Positions 17,435 to 26,950 of a DNA stretch of 32,000 bases are shown piece by piece. Position numbers and translations under genes: made by a program. The number at the start of each line of letters is the position of its first letter. Positions within the stretch are counted from its first letter, which is position 1. Under the pieces are notes generated by a model. It made no database searches and was not told where the DNA came from. It was given only the letters and a program-made list of their open reading frames with translations. Origin of the DNA: Candidatus Harpocratesius repetitus (lineage in GTDB: Archaea > Asgardarchaeota > Lokiarchaeia > Sigyniarchaeales > Promethearchaeaceae); NCBI GenBank assembly GCA_021498095.1, contig JAIZWK010000001.1:1770001-1802000 (forward strand). Direction: 5' to 3'.

Positions 17435-18952
17435 ATGAACATTGCATTTGGAAAAATTATTATAACTCCAAAAAATGATGGAGTTAATGTCCCTATGGCG
17501 GGATATACCCGGTCGTTTCCTGCTCAAGGTAAACTTGATGATATCTATGCACGTGGAATGCTAATTGAAGAAGAACCTCCATTTGAAATATCTAATTCTT
17601 CTAATTCTTCTAAATCAATTGAATCACTTGAATCACCAAAACGCTTTCTCATACTTAGTCTCGATTTTTTAAAAGTTCCATTAAGTATCTCGCAGTATAT
17701 TAAGCAAAAACTTACCAAAGTGCCTGAATTTAAACTAAAACCAGAAAATATCATGATTCATGCAATTCATACTCATTCAGCTCCTGATTTAACTGGAGAA
17801 TTTTATTGGCCAGGTAGTTTTTTAAATGTCTTTCGAGGAATTATGTTTGGTGTAAATCGGAATGATCGTTATATTGTTTATTTTACCGACCGCATCATAA
17901 AAATGGTACGAAAAATGGTTCTCCATTTAGAACCTTCTCAAATCGCAATAGTTCATCAGAAAATTACAGAAGATATCCTGATTAATAGAAGGAATCCTAT
18001 TCGAAAATCTAAAAAGGATTTATGGATTTTGGTATGCAGATCCCAACAAAATGGGCATATCACAGGTATTTTAGGACATTTCCCCATGCATCCAACTACT
18101 CTATCATTTCAAAATAATAAATTATCTGCAGATTATCCTGGGCGGTTTTGTGCGAAAATTGAAAGCACATTTAATCAAAAAACTCACGCTATTTTCATTA
18201 CCGGCGCAGCCGGAGATTTAAATCCAATTACAACTTGTGGAACTGATTTTGATGTTTTAGAAAATGATCCAAAAGCTCGTCTTTCTGTATATGAGCAATT
18301 AGGAACCTATGAACACACTCAGAAAATTGGATTTTTACTGGCAAAAAAAGCGATAAACTTAGCAAATTCTATTCCAAAAGATCAATACTATGATTCTTTT
18401 ACATTTCAAAGCCACGAGAATAAATTTCCAATTTATATTCAAGATAAACAACCATTTGTTTATAATTGGGGAAGATGGCTTCAAAATAAGCTATTCTTCT
18501 ATCTAAAGCGAGCATTTCTATTCCCTATTGCCACTCTCCATAGTAAAGGAAGATCTCCCAATTTCCCTGGAATGATGCTGGAAAGAGCATCTTTATCAAT
18601 TGATTTTCAACATAGATTGAAAGTTTGGACTATTATTCAATTCGTCAAATGCCAGTTTTTTCAAAAATCTAATCAATCACAAAGAGAACCTCTGTATATA
18701 TTAGGAATTCCTGGGGAAGTCTTTGAAGATTTAGGTAAAAAATTAAAGCAAGCAGTTCCTCAAAATACTTTCAAATCTAAGAATATATTACTCTTTCAGA
18801 ATACTAATGATTGGGTTGCTTATCTATTTGAGCTTAAAGATTATCTGATACAAGGTGGATATGAACCAATTGTTTCAGCAAGTCCTACATGTGGCACAGA
18901 AATTCTTAAAGCGTTTAAAAAATTACTTTTTACTGCTACAAAAACAACCTAA
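17435..18952 (+). CDS. Neutral/alkaline non-lysosomal ceramidase family amidohydrolase
   Basis: ITP...PMAGY, D.IYARG, HAIHTHSAPD, HPT...SADYPG, GAAGDLNP, GIPGEVF and GGYE follow the family pattern. Confidence 0.85.
   Translation: MNIAFGKIIITPKNDGVNVPMAGYTRSFPAQGKLDDIYARGMLIEEEPPFEISNSSNSSKSIESLESPKRFLILSLDFLKVPLSISQYIKQKLTKVPEFKLKPENIMIHAIHTHSAPDLTGEFYWPGSFLNVFRGIMFGVNRNDRYIVYFTDRIIKMVRKMVLHLEPSQIAIVHQKITEDILINRRNPIRKSKKDLWILVCRSQQNGHITGILGHFPMHPTTLSFQNNKLSADYPGRFCAKIESTFNQKTHAIFITGAAGDLNPITTCGTDFDVLENDPKARLSVYEQLGTYEHTQKIGFLLAKKAINLANSIPKDQYYDSFTFQSHENKFPIYIQDKQPFVYNWGRWLQNKLFFYLKRAFLFPIATLHSKGRSPNFPGMMLERASLSIDFQHRLKVWTIIQFVKCQFFQKSNQSQREPLYILGIPGEVFEDLGKKLKQAVPQNTFKSKNILLFQNTNDWVAYLFELKDYLIQGGYEPIVSASPTCGTEILKAFKKLLFTATKTT
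17591..17636 (+). repeat. Two adjacent in-frame 9-bp tandem repeats
   Basis: tctaattct x2.5 (17591-17613) and ttgaatcac x2 (17619-17636), encoding SNSSNSSKSIESLES. Confidence 0.8.
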
Positions 18953-18976
18953 TGAGATCAATTATATTTTATTTTT

Positions 18977-19909
18977 TTATTTATTTAGAAGCTTAACACT
19001 TCCAATTTGAGTGAGAATGGCTAAAAGAATGCTGCAAGGTACAATAATAAGAAAGTACCAATGGAATTCAATAAAAATATATCGTATACTAATTATACAC
19101 GCAATTATACTCGCAAAAAAAACAACAAAAAGGATCCCCCACACTAATTCTTCTGCATGTGTATAAATTTTATGAGCACCAGCTTCTTGTGCAGGTATCT
19201 GAAATACTCTGTAATAAATCCAACCTATAATGGGTATTCCAATAAGTATTGCCCAAAATCCATCGCTTAAATAATGATCTCCTTCAAAAACCCGAGCTAA
19301 TGCCATAAGAATACTATATATGAGAGTAATACAAAAAGTGAATAATACTATTCCCCTTTTCTTTGTACATGTACTGATAAATCCAAAAGAAACCAGAAAA
19401 ACCGCCACAGTTGTGTGTCCAGATGTAAATGAACCTTTTTTCAATGCTTCAATAAAGGATAATTTTCCAAATGTCCACATGGTAGAATAAAGGCTCTGCT
19501 CTTCAGCGACAATCCCAGGACGGGCTCTTGCAAATAAAACTTTAAATCCCCGATTAATTACAGTTAATGCAAGAATTGTAGCTATCAAATATCCAAAATA
19601 TTTTCGAAAAGGGATTAAAAATTTTCCTATCTTCGGGATAAATGAAATGCAGTAAGCCAAAAATGATAGAATAATTATAAAATATGAAGGATCTTGCCCA
19701 CCAAATCCATCACCACTAAAAAATGATCTATCAAAAAAATGAGCAAAATTTGTCAAGAACTCACTTGATTTGCGTAAAGTAATAAAAGAATTCGAGATTT
19801 TCTGGTCAAAGATTCCAATTATTATAGAACCAATAAGAGCTATAGCCAAATATAGAATAGTAATTAATAATAATCTCCGATTTTCATAGAGAGGTGGTTT
19901 TTCATTCAC
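18977..19909 (-). CDS. PAP2 superfamily integral membrane phosphatase
   Basis: C1 KVLFARARP, C2 SFTSGH, C3 ARVFEGDHYLSD, and multiple TM helices. Confidence 0.9.
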   Translation of the reverse strand: MNEKPPLYENRRLLLITILYLAIALIGSIIIGIFDQKISNSFITLRKSSEFLTNFAHFFDRSFFSGDGFGGQDPSYFIIILSFLAYCISFIPKIGKFLIPFRKYFGYLIATILALTVINRGFKVLFARARPGIVAEEQSLYSTMWTFGKLSFIEALKKGSFTSGHTTVAVFLVSFGFISTCTKKRGIVLFTFCITLIYSILMALARVFEGDHYLSDGFWAILIGIPIIGWIYYRVFQIPAQEAGAHKIYTHAEELVWGILFVVFFASIIACIISIRYIFIEFHWYFLIIVPCSILLAILTQIGSVKLLNK

Positions 19910-19952
19910 AAATAACCAATTGTTTTAATTACTAAAAAAGATATATTGGATC

Positions 19953-20519
19953 ATGCAACTAATCACCAAAATAAATTATTTAGAAGCGATGGTAGAGTAC
20001 TCACATTTATTTGAAATAAGTTCTCCACCCTCAATTATGAAAGAAAAAGATCTTTCTTTTGTTGTACGTGAGGAAATTTCTCAAGGAGGAACTTTATTAG
20101 TAGGAGATTTGATTGTAAAAAAAAGATCAACAAATATTTTAGAAGCACATCCCTTTCCAGAATGGGTAATACAGCTATATAATCCTGAAACTAATCCTGG
20201 AAAATTATTTCTCATTCTTCCAAAATTCACTGCGAAACAAGTTAAAAGGTTTAATCGAAAATCACTTGCATTAAGATTTGATAAGATAAAGGATGCATTA
20301 AATGATCTTACTGCTCTTGATTTTTTAGCAATTGAATATGTTACAGGATTGTGTGTTAAAATTCACCCTAATATTCCTCATGAATTCGTTAGTATTACTA
20401 CAAATGAGCAAAATAATCCTTACTGTCAAGTTTTTGAGCCAAATTTTCTTCCTCTAAGTGAGTTGTTGAAATTTGATGTAACAAAATTCTTTACTTTAGG
20501 ATTTGAGTTAAAAATATAA
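19953..20519 (+). CDS. Hypothetical protein, possibly cupin / ureidoglycolate-lyase (AllA)-like fold
   Basis: LEAHP and GLCVKIHPNIPH loosely parallel the AllA motifs LERHP and G.GV....G.WH. The start may be ATG 19989. Confidence 0.5.
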   Translation: MQLITKINYLEAMVEYSHLFEISSPPSIMKEKDLSFVVREEISQGGTLLVGDLIVKKRSTNILEAHPFPEWVIQLYNPETNPGKLFLILPKFTAKQVKRFNRKSLALRFDKIKDALNDLTALDFLAIEYVTGLCVKIHPNIPHEFVSITTNEQNNPYCQVFEPNFLPLSELLKFDVTKFFTLGFELKI

Positions 20520-20565
20520 AAAGATATAAGAAGAATTGAGATTGACTACTTATATTATTCATTGA

Positions 20566-21360
20566 TCAAGATACATCTTTTTTCAATTCATATTTCGGAA
20601 TATTAAATATCCAATAATAGAAGATTGCATTGATGATATAAATCATTCCAAATGCCCATAGTACATCGCTTGCATGGTGTGCACCAACTACAATACGTGC
20701 CACACCTGTTAAAATGCCTAATATAATACTGATGAATAATCCTGCCCATTTAAAGAAAGTAAAGAGTCGGAGTTTCGCTTTATAATCCCATTTTTTGACT
20801 TTTTCTGCCCAATAAACGGGATGTTTAAAAATATAATAGAAAATTATGAACACTGCCACAATTGAAACGTGTCCTGATGGAAAGGATTTTCCAACACCAA
20901 TTAAAGATGGATCTTTCCAAAAAGCAGGTTCCCAAACCGAATAAAAGTCGAACATTTCTGCTTCGGTACTATTTGGCCATAAAAAAGTTTGTCGGGGGCG
21001 GGGTCTTCCATAAAGACCTTTAAAGATCATATTAACACAGATCACTACACCAGTAAAAGCAGAAAGAAAGGCATAAATTCCAAAATAAGCCAAATATCCC
21101 CATTTTTTTCTATTTATCAATCCTAAAATAATCATCGGAATAAGAGTTAAATAAAGAAAATATTCAAAAATATCATTATATTCATTGAGAAAATTCCAAG
21201 GTTGGACATTTTCTAAGGGAAAACGTTGACCTAAAGGTAATGATTCATTATAAAAATAATTTGTAATGATTTTATCAAGTTCACCATCATTAATTTTCAA
21301 AAGGATGGTTCCAATAATCAAGATCACTGCAAATAATATGATGTATTTATGTGTTTTCAC
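20566..21360 (-). CDS. PAP2 superfamily integral membrane phosphatase (second copy; may extend to 21429)
   Basis: C1 KGLYGRPRP, C2 SFPSGH, C3 ARIVVGAHHASD. Confidence 0.9.
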   Translation of the reverse strand: MKTHKYIILFAVILIIGTILLKINDGELDKIITNYFYNESLPLGQRFPLENVQPWNFLNEYNDIFEYFLYLTLIPMIILGLINRKKWGYLAYFGIYAFLSAFTGVVICVNMIFKGLYGRPRPRQTFLWPNSTEAEMFDFYSVWEPAFWKDPSLIGVGKSFPSGHVSIVAVFIIFYYIFKHPVYWAEKVKKWDYKAKLRLFTFFKWAGLFISIILGILTGVARIVVGAHHASDVLWAFGMIYIINAIFYYWIFNIPKYELKKDVS

Positions 21361-21490
21361 CCAAGCGATAACATATTTCTTCTTTACGAAAGAAAGGGAA
21401 TTTGGTTTTTTTATGTTGTTTTGATTCGTTTTAAATCACCATAGAACTTTCCATCTTTAATTAAAAATGATAAATCGAATGATCAATTTC

Positions 21491-23023
21491 TTATGAAAAA
21501 AAGGCAGTAATTAGTGCCAGTAAAAATATTAATATAAAACCTAATATTCTCATGTAAAAATTTCGTTGAGAGTGAGAATTCAGTGTATTTATCCTGGATT
21601 TTGAAAAAATTTTCCAAGATATCTTTTCATTAATTTCAATATGCTCTTCTCCTATTTGAGCCACATCTCGTATTCCAACAAGCATTATAAGGATACTGTA
21701 AGATATAATTCCCCAAATTAGCGATGAAATTACCATATCAAAAGCTATCAACCAATTCCATGAAATAATGTAACACCATCCCCATAAGAGTTCTTTAGTT
21801 GCTAAATAAAATACACCGCTTAATCCGAGAATATCTATTACGGTCAAAGAATTTAGCTGTTGCGCTATCGAAATATTTTCTGTAGATTCATTTTGGATTA
21901 TCTTAATTGCTTTAAGTGATATTTTATTTCTTTGGATCATGTGAAATCTAAGTTTATTCACTTGATGATCACTTTGAATGTATTTGATATATTTGTATTT
22001 TGGAAAGTTATAAACGAAAAACTTTACGCTGAGATAAATGCCATAAGTGAATCCGAACATCGTTAGATCTGTTCCCCAGAATAATTCTGTAAAGGCACTA
22101 ACTAAAGAGACAATTATCAAGAGAGTCCCAAAATAGATTCTAAAAAGATCTTTTGATGAAGTTTTATCTAATTTATCGATTTGTTCACTATTGACATTTT
22201 CTTTTGTCCGTTCTTGAATATGTGTACTTTCAGATTCCGGCTGAACCTTCTGGAGTGAAGTGTTTGAATCGAGCCACAAATCATAGAACTGTAAAATCTT
22301 TTGGGGGATTTTATAATAGTGTTCTAATGGAAAAAAGGTTAGTTGAAACAAATGGGTAGGCGTGTCAAAAGATAATCGATAATTGGGAAATAATAAGATA
22401 ATTACTGCCGCACAGATATCAATAAGTGCTGTTATTACCATCATTAATGGCAAAATATCATCTTTGGCAAGATGTTCTCCGAAAAGAGGAATCCCATATT
22501 GCAAGATCCTTAGTGCCATTGGGATAAAAAGCAAGATCCATATGTTTTTAAACTTCATGCCTTGATTTGAAAGTGTGATTTTAGTGGCTTTTTGGGAATC
22601 TATTTCAGTTATCCTTGAGAATATCAGATTTCGTTCTTGTATAGAGTATATTTCATTATCAAAAGAGAGAATAACTTGCTTAATTGAAAGAATGCTGTAA
22701 ATTAACATGAAGAATCCAACAAGAAGGGGAATTAAGCCAACTGTATAAAAGAAAGATATTCCGCCCAAAAACACTGCGTTACCTTGGCCTACATATTCCC
22801 CTATTGTTGGATGTTCTGGATGGCCAATTAAATGTCCTAATAGCACATAATCGAGAATTCCTACTGTTAAAAATGCTACACTAACAAAGAAATAACTCCA
22901 CGGGAAAGAGAAAAAAGATAATATCTTTCCTTTTTTGAGAGAATTTGAGTACTTAATCGATTTGATACGATTATGGTGAAGAGGTTTCAAATTATATTTT
23001 ACTTCCTGTTGATTTTGTTCCAT
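21491..23023 (-). CDS. Polytopic membrane protein, unknown family
   Basis: 510-aa ORF with about 9 hydrophobic helices separated by soluble segments. It starts 3 bp after the stop of the 530-aa gene. Confidence 0.75.
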   Translation of the reverse strand: MEQNQQEVKYNLKPLHHNRIKSIKYSNSLKKGKILSFFSFPWSYFFVSVAFLTVGILDYVLLGHLIGHPEHPTIGEYVGQGNAVFLGGISFFYTVGLIPLLVGFFMLIYSILSIKQVILSFDNEIYSIQERNLIFSRITEIDSQKATKITLSNQGMKFKNIWILLFIPMALRILQYGIPLFGEHLAKDDILPLMMVITALIDICAAVIILLFPNYRLSFDTPTHLFQLTFFPLEHYYKIPQKILQFYDLWLDSNTSLQKVQPESESTHIQERTKENVNSEQIDKLDKTSSKDLFRIYFGTLLIIVSLVSAFTELFWGTDLTMFGFTYGIYLSVKFFVYNFPKYKYIKYIQSDHQVNKLRFHMIQRNKISLKAIKIIQNESTENISIAQQLNSLTVIDILGLSGVFYLATKELLWGWCYIISWNWLIAFDMVISSLIWGIISYSILIMLVGIRDVAQIGEEHIEINEKISWKIFSKSRINTLNSHSQRNFYMRILGFILIFLLALITAFFS

Positions 23024-23026
23024 AAG

Positions 23027-24619
23027 TTATCCCTTCCAACTCCAATTTTCATCTAGATATCCAAAATATCTCAATATATAATAGGGAAGTGAAAAACTTG
23101 CGCTTGCATACTCGCGAATCGTCTTTGAATTATTATAAAGATTATTTCCATCTTCTTGGTAAGGATTCTGGTTCCACACAATAGTAGATGGTTCCATCAT
23201 TTCTACCGTGGCAGGTTTTAAATAACGATCACGAAAAATTGCATCTTGCAATCCATAGGTTAGCCATTGATATGTAGTCCCAAAGGGGTTATGATCTACA
23301 AAATTTTTCCACTTTGCTATATTTGGATCTATTACCTGCCATTCTTCGCCCAATTCCGCTCGTGATATGGTTTGGTTTCTCCCACCGCAAGTTGTATCAT
23401 AAGGAATCATATTGAAAACATGAAATCTCCATAATTGATCCAAAACATCCCACCGAATTTCATCAACAGCAAAGTTGGCAGAACCTTGCGCCCGTTTTAA
23501 AGCTGCTAAATATACTGCGTTTAAAAATGCATTACGATGTCCTCGATAGTTAATATAAGTAGATGATTGATAGTTTTCAAAATACTTTTTTAGTAACACA
23601 GGATCATCTTCCACTAAAAATAAGCCCAATACAACCATATTTTCAAAATATTGGCTGTAATAGTTATCAATATTATCCATAGCTGATACATGCGGTGTTC
23701 GGTTAATATTCCGTTCTTTGGCTAGGTAATAATGATAAAGCTGTGCATATCGAACATTTTCAGGATCAACTCGAGTGGCCATTTTAGTTAACAACAATTT
23801 CCATTGAGAATAACATGGAGGTTGTAAATGGGCTCCATTAGGTTTTCCATCTCCACTCATTTCCTGCCAAAAACTGCTCAAAAATCCTTCCATTGCTTGT
23901 AAAATGATTAATCGTGTCACTTCTTGAACATCAGGAACATCTTGAACGAGCATCAAAGTGGCTGCAATACCTAGGAAATATCCGCCCAGTTCATCTTTAC
24001 TGGTGTATAAGCGAATTCGCCAATCGGAATAAGGACCGCTTCCATTAAAATGACGAAAGCCCTCTTCAAATATCCATGAATAATTTCCATCAGTTCTTTG
24101 AGCTGGAGAAGCATAAAATCTTCCAATTTTTGTTCCTGGAAAGTCTGGGCCTAATCCTCCATTAGGTATCTCAATTAATAACCGTAAAGCTGTCAGCATA
24201 CGTCGAATTAAATTTAAAGAATAATTACGCTCATCCCCTTCTGGTAGAGATGCATATCGGAAGCAAGAAGCCACTAAATTTTCAGCGGTGTGTAGTGCAC
24301 CATTATCGGTACCATCATAAAGAATAATTTCTCCTGTGGTTGTATTTCGAACAAAAGTTTGACTTAAATTAATGGGAATGTGCATTTCTTGGAGATGTTC
24401 AAATTCATCTCCCATTTCAGCTAAGCGTGTAAGATTTATTTCTTCTATGGGATAAAATTCACTGGTGCTGGGAGCATTCTTCATATATCCAGTTAGCTCA
24501 GGTACTATTACTCCTAAATAAAAAGTAAAATAAAATCCCCCAAACAAAAAAGGAAACAAAACCACACAAGATATAACAATTATTCGAATAGTTCGGAATC
24601 GTTTGGCTCGAATTTTCAT
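23027..24619 (-). CDS. N-terminally anchored surface protein, probable (alpha/alpha) barrel hydrolase-like
   Basis: Single N-terminal TM. DNGALHT...CFRY and TSKDELGGYF resemble an uncharacterised family I recall as DN.GL.T...FRY and TSSDE..GHF. GGTGA SD at 24627-24631. Confidence 0.6.
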   Translation of the reverse strand: MKIRAKRFRTIRIIVISCVVLFPFLFGGFYFTFYLGVIVPELTGYMKNAPSTSEFYPIEEINLTRLAEMGDEFEHLQEMHIPINLSQTFVRNTTTGEIILYDGTDNGALHTAENLVASCFRYASLPEGDERNYSLNLIRRMLTALRLLIEIPNGGLGPDFPGTKIGRFYASPAQRTDGNYSWIFEEGFRHFNGSGPYSDWRIRLYTSKDELGGYFLGIAATLMLVQDVPDVQEVTRLIILQAMEGFLSSFWQEMSGDGKPNGAHLQPPCYSQWKLLLTKMATRVDPENVRYAQLYHYYLAKERNINRTPHVSAMDNIDNYYSQYFENMVVLGLFLVEDDPVLLKKYFENYQSSTYINYRGHRNAFLNAVYLAALKRAQGSANFAVDEIRWDVLDQLWRFHVFNMIPYDTTCGGRNQTISRAELGEEWQVIDPNIAKWKNFVDHNPFGTTYQWLTYGLQDAIFRDRYLKPATVEMMEPSTIVWNQNPYQEDGNNLYNNSKTIREYASASFSLPYYILRYFGYLDENWSWKG

Positions 24620-24648
24620 TTTTTTTTCACCTTAAAATTATTAGTATT

Positions 24649-25824
24649 TTATAATTTTCCCATGATCGCTAATCTCAAGATTTTTTTATAGCGTTCACTC
24701 TCAACTAAATATTGAAGAGTGGGGGAAATAAAATCGATTGCACGGAAAAGACGCCGAATCTCATGAGCAAATTGGATTTTTTCAGGATCAATTTTAAAAT
24801 CAGAAGCTTTAGCTTTCTTTACAGTTTCAATCCATGCAACTGGGTTTTTTTGTTTCATTATTCCATCTAGTGCATATATCCCCAAATCTTCCATTCCTGC
24901 GGATAATAATGCACTGGCTTCAGCGCGATATAATTTTGGATCAGTTTGAACTGCTCGAATATCAGCAACTCCAAAATTTGTAATTCCTAATGTAATTGAA
25001 GATTTTCCTGAGCCATATTTACCAATAAACTCTTTAGCATAAACGTAAAGTAAATGTTGGTAATCTTCATGAGATATTATCCCTTTCGATGCAGCTACAT
25101 AATCAGTATTAAAAATCATATAATTAATCTGATCCCAATCAACTTGAGAAACTGGAACAGTCATAAAATCTTGAATTCGAAACTCTCCATCAAACTCGTC
25201 TTCATATGCTAATGGTAAAGCTACAGCAATTGCTTTGGTGCCATATTCGTGCATCATCTCTTGCATTTGTGTAAATTTTGAAAAGGAGGCTTCGAATCTA
25301 TCTTTATTCATATTTTTTTTGATTGTATTGATTATCTTGTTCACAGATTCTAATTTATCTAACCCAGATTTTTCTTTAATTTTTTTCCAGATTTTTTTCT
25401 TTTTTCTTTTTGATTTTACCAATTTTGACTTTTCACGGATTTCTGTGGCTCTTTTTGCTTCTTTTGGATCTGTTGGTGGTTCTAAATCAATGAGAACTCC
25501 TTGTGGGATGATAAAACCGTTGATTTTATACCACTCAAGAAGATTTTTAATCAATTTACTAAATTTTTCTACAGAAATCTCATTAGCATAATATCCATCT
25601 TCGACGCTTAACAAGGGCCAAGGAATCATGTGCTCTTCAATCCCTAAGTCTCGGAACTTTATCATCATATCTTTAAGATCTGGATCTTGAAGATCTTTTG
25701 GTAAAATTCGAAGAGCGCAATAGGTATTGGTTTTCGCCAGCACTTCAATTGCACCGGAATCAATCATTTCCCGTGGAGACATAAATTCCACCGGAAAAAT
25801 AATTCTATTAAATTTTTCAACCAT
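24649..25824 (-). CDS. Hypothetical protein, possibly TIM-barrel glycoside-hydrolase-like
   Basis: Alternating beta/alpha pattern with WPLLSVEDGYY, GVLIDLEP, INYMIF and IYALDG, plus a Lys-rich insert. The fold assignment is inference. Confidence 0.5.
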   Translation of the reverse strand: MVEKFNRIIFPVEFMSPREMIDSGAIEVLAKTNTYCALRILPKDLQDPDLKDMMIKFRDLGIEEHMIPWPLLSVEDGYYANEISVEKFSKLIKNLLEWYKINGFIIPQGVLIDLEPPTDPKEAKRATEIREKSKLVKSKRKKKKIWKKIKEKSGLDKLESVNKIINTIKKNMNKDRFEASFSKFTQMQEMMHEYGTKAIAVALPLAYEDEFDGEFRIQDFMTVPVSQVDWDQINYMIFNTDYVAASKGIISHEDYQHLLYVYAKEFIGKYGSGKSSITLGITNFGVADIRAVQTDPKLYRAEASALLSAGMEDLGIYALDGIMKQKNPVAWIETVKKAKASDFKIDPEKIQFAHEIRRLFRAIDFISPTLQYLVESERYKKILRLAIMGKL

Positions 25825-25874
25825 TTGTTTTCAACCTATGAAGAAAGTAATAATTATTTTAGATTTGAAAAAAA

Positions 25875-26822
25875 TTATTTTTGCAACCAGTAAAGGATTC
25901 GACTGAGTAATGGTGCTTTATTTCCTATAAATTCATGGCCTCCATTGTCAAAAATTAAACACTGATCATCAGGTAGGTTCATTTTTGCTTTGTTAGGAAC
26001 AAAATTCGTTTCAAAGCGAACAATATCATCATCTTTACAATGTGCTAAAAAAACACGGTTTATATATGAATAATCATGAGTAATATAATTGATCGGAGAA
26101 TTTTGATGGAATGCGTCTAAAAATGCCTCTTCATCTTTAATATGTCGAACAATTGATTTATAACGTAATCTTTTCACGAAATTACCTTTTTTAAAATTCC
26201 TTTCAAACATTATTCGAGCATCGTATGGTGCACAAATTGCGATAATCTTTTGTATACGGGATTCATGAAGTAATTTCGTTAAAACCATTGTTGCCCCAAA
26301 GGATGCGCCTATTACAAATATTTTATTACGATCTACTCCTTGATGCGAATACATCCATTCAAATGCTTGTGGAACATCTTTATAAACACGTTGCACAAAC
26401 TCACCATGCAAAGTGTGCAAGATATGTGGTTCGTTCGGTAATCGAGAAGCTCCTGAAGCACGAAAATCATAAGCAAAAACCCGAAATCCTGCTAAGCATA
26501 ATGAACTTAAAAATACTTCAAAATTGAAATCTTGGGCAAATCCTCCCAATCCATGGAAGAACAAAATACTTGGAGCAGTATTTGATGTAGTATCTGATGA
26601 GTAAATATAACCTTGCAAAGTTCTACCATCATCCATAGCGATTTTTTCTTCAAGTCTTTGAATTTGGACGGTTTGAATCCAATGTTTTTTTCTTTTTTCT
26701 ATCAATCGAATTCTTATCCCTCGAAAAAGAAATCTTCCTATCTTTGTTGTGATCCATCCAGTAATTAATCCCCCAAGAAAAATTGCTATCTTTAAGAGAT
26801 CCATATTCAAGTTACAATTCAA
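25875..26822 (-). CDS. Membrane-anchored alpha/beta hydrolase (esterase/lipase-like)
   Basis: FHGLGG oxyanion loop, nucleophile GASFG, Asp in DDDIV, His in GGHEF, and an N-terminal TM. Confidence 0.88.
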   Translation of the reverse strand: MNCNLNMDLLKIAIFLGGLITGWITTKIGRFLFRGIRIRLIEKRKKHWIQTVQIQRLEEKIAMDDGRTLQGYIYSSDTTSNTAPSILFFHGLGGFAQDFNFEVFLSSLCLAGFRVFAYDFRASGASRLPNEPHILHTLHGEFVQRVYKDVPQAFEWMYSHQGVDRNKIFVIGASFGATMVLTKLLHESRIQKIIAICAPYDARIMFERNFKKGNFVKRLRYKSIVRHIKDEEAFLDAFHQNSPINYITHDYSYINRVFLAHCKDDDIVRFETNFVPNKAKMNLPDDQCLIFDNGGHEFIGNKAPLLSRILYWLQK

Positions 26823-26950
26823 TCATGATCTTTAAAAATGTAATAAAAAATTCCCAGAATTCTGGAGATTGAATTAATTAAAAAGATTCAGCTTTTAACT
26901 CACGCAAATAATTAAAAAAAAATAATGAAAGTTTTATTAGTTACTGCAAT

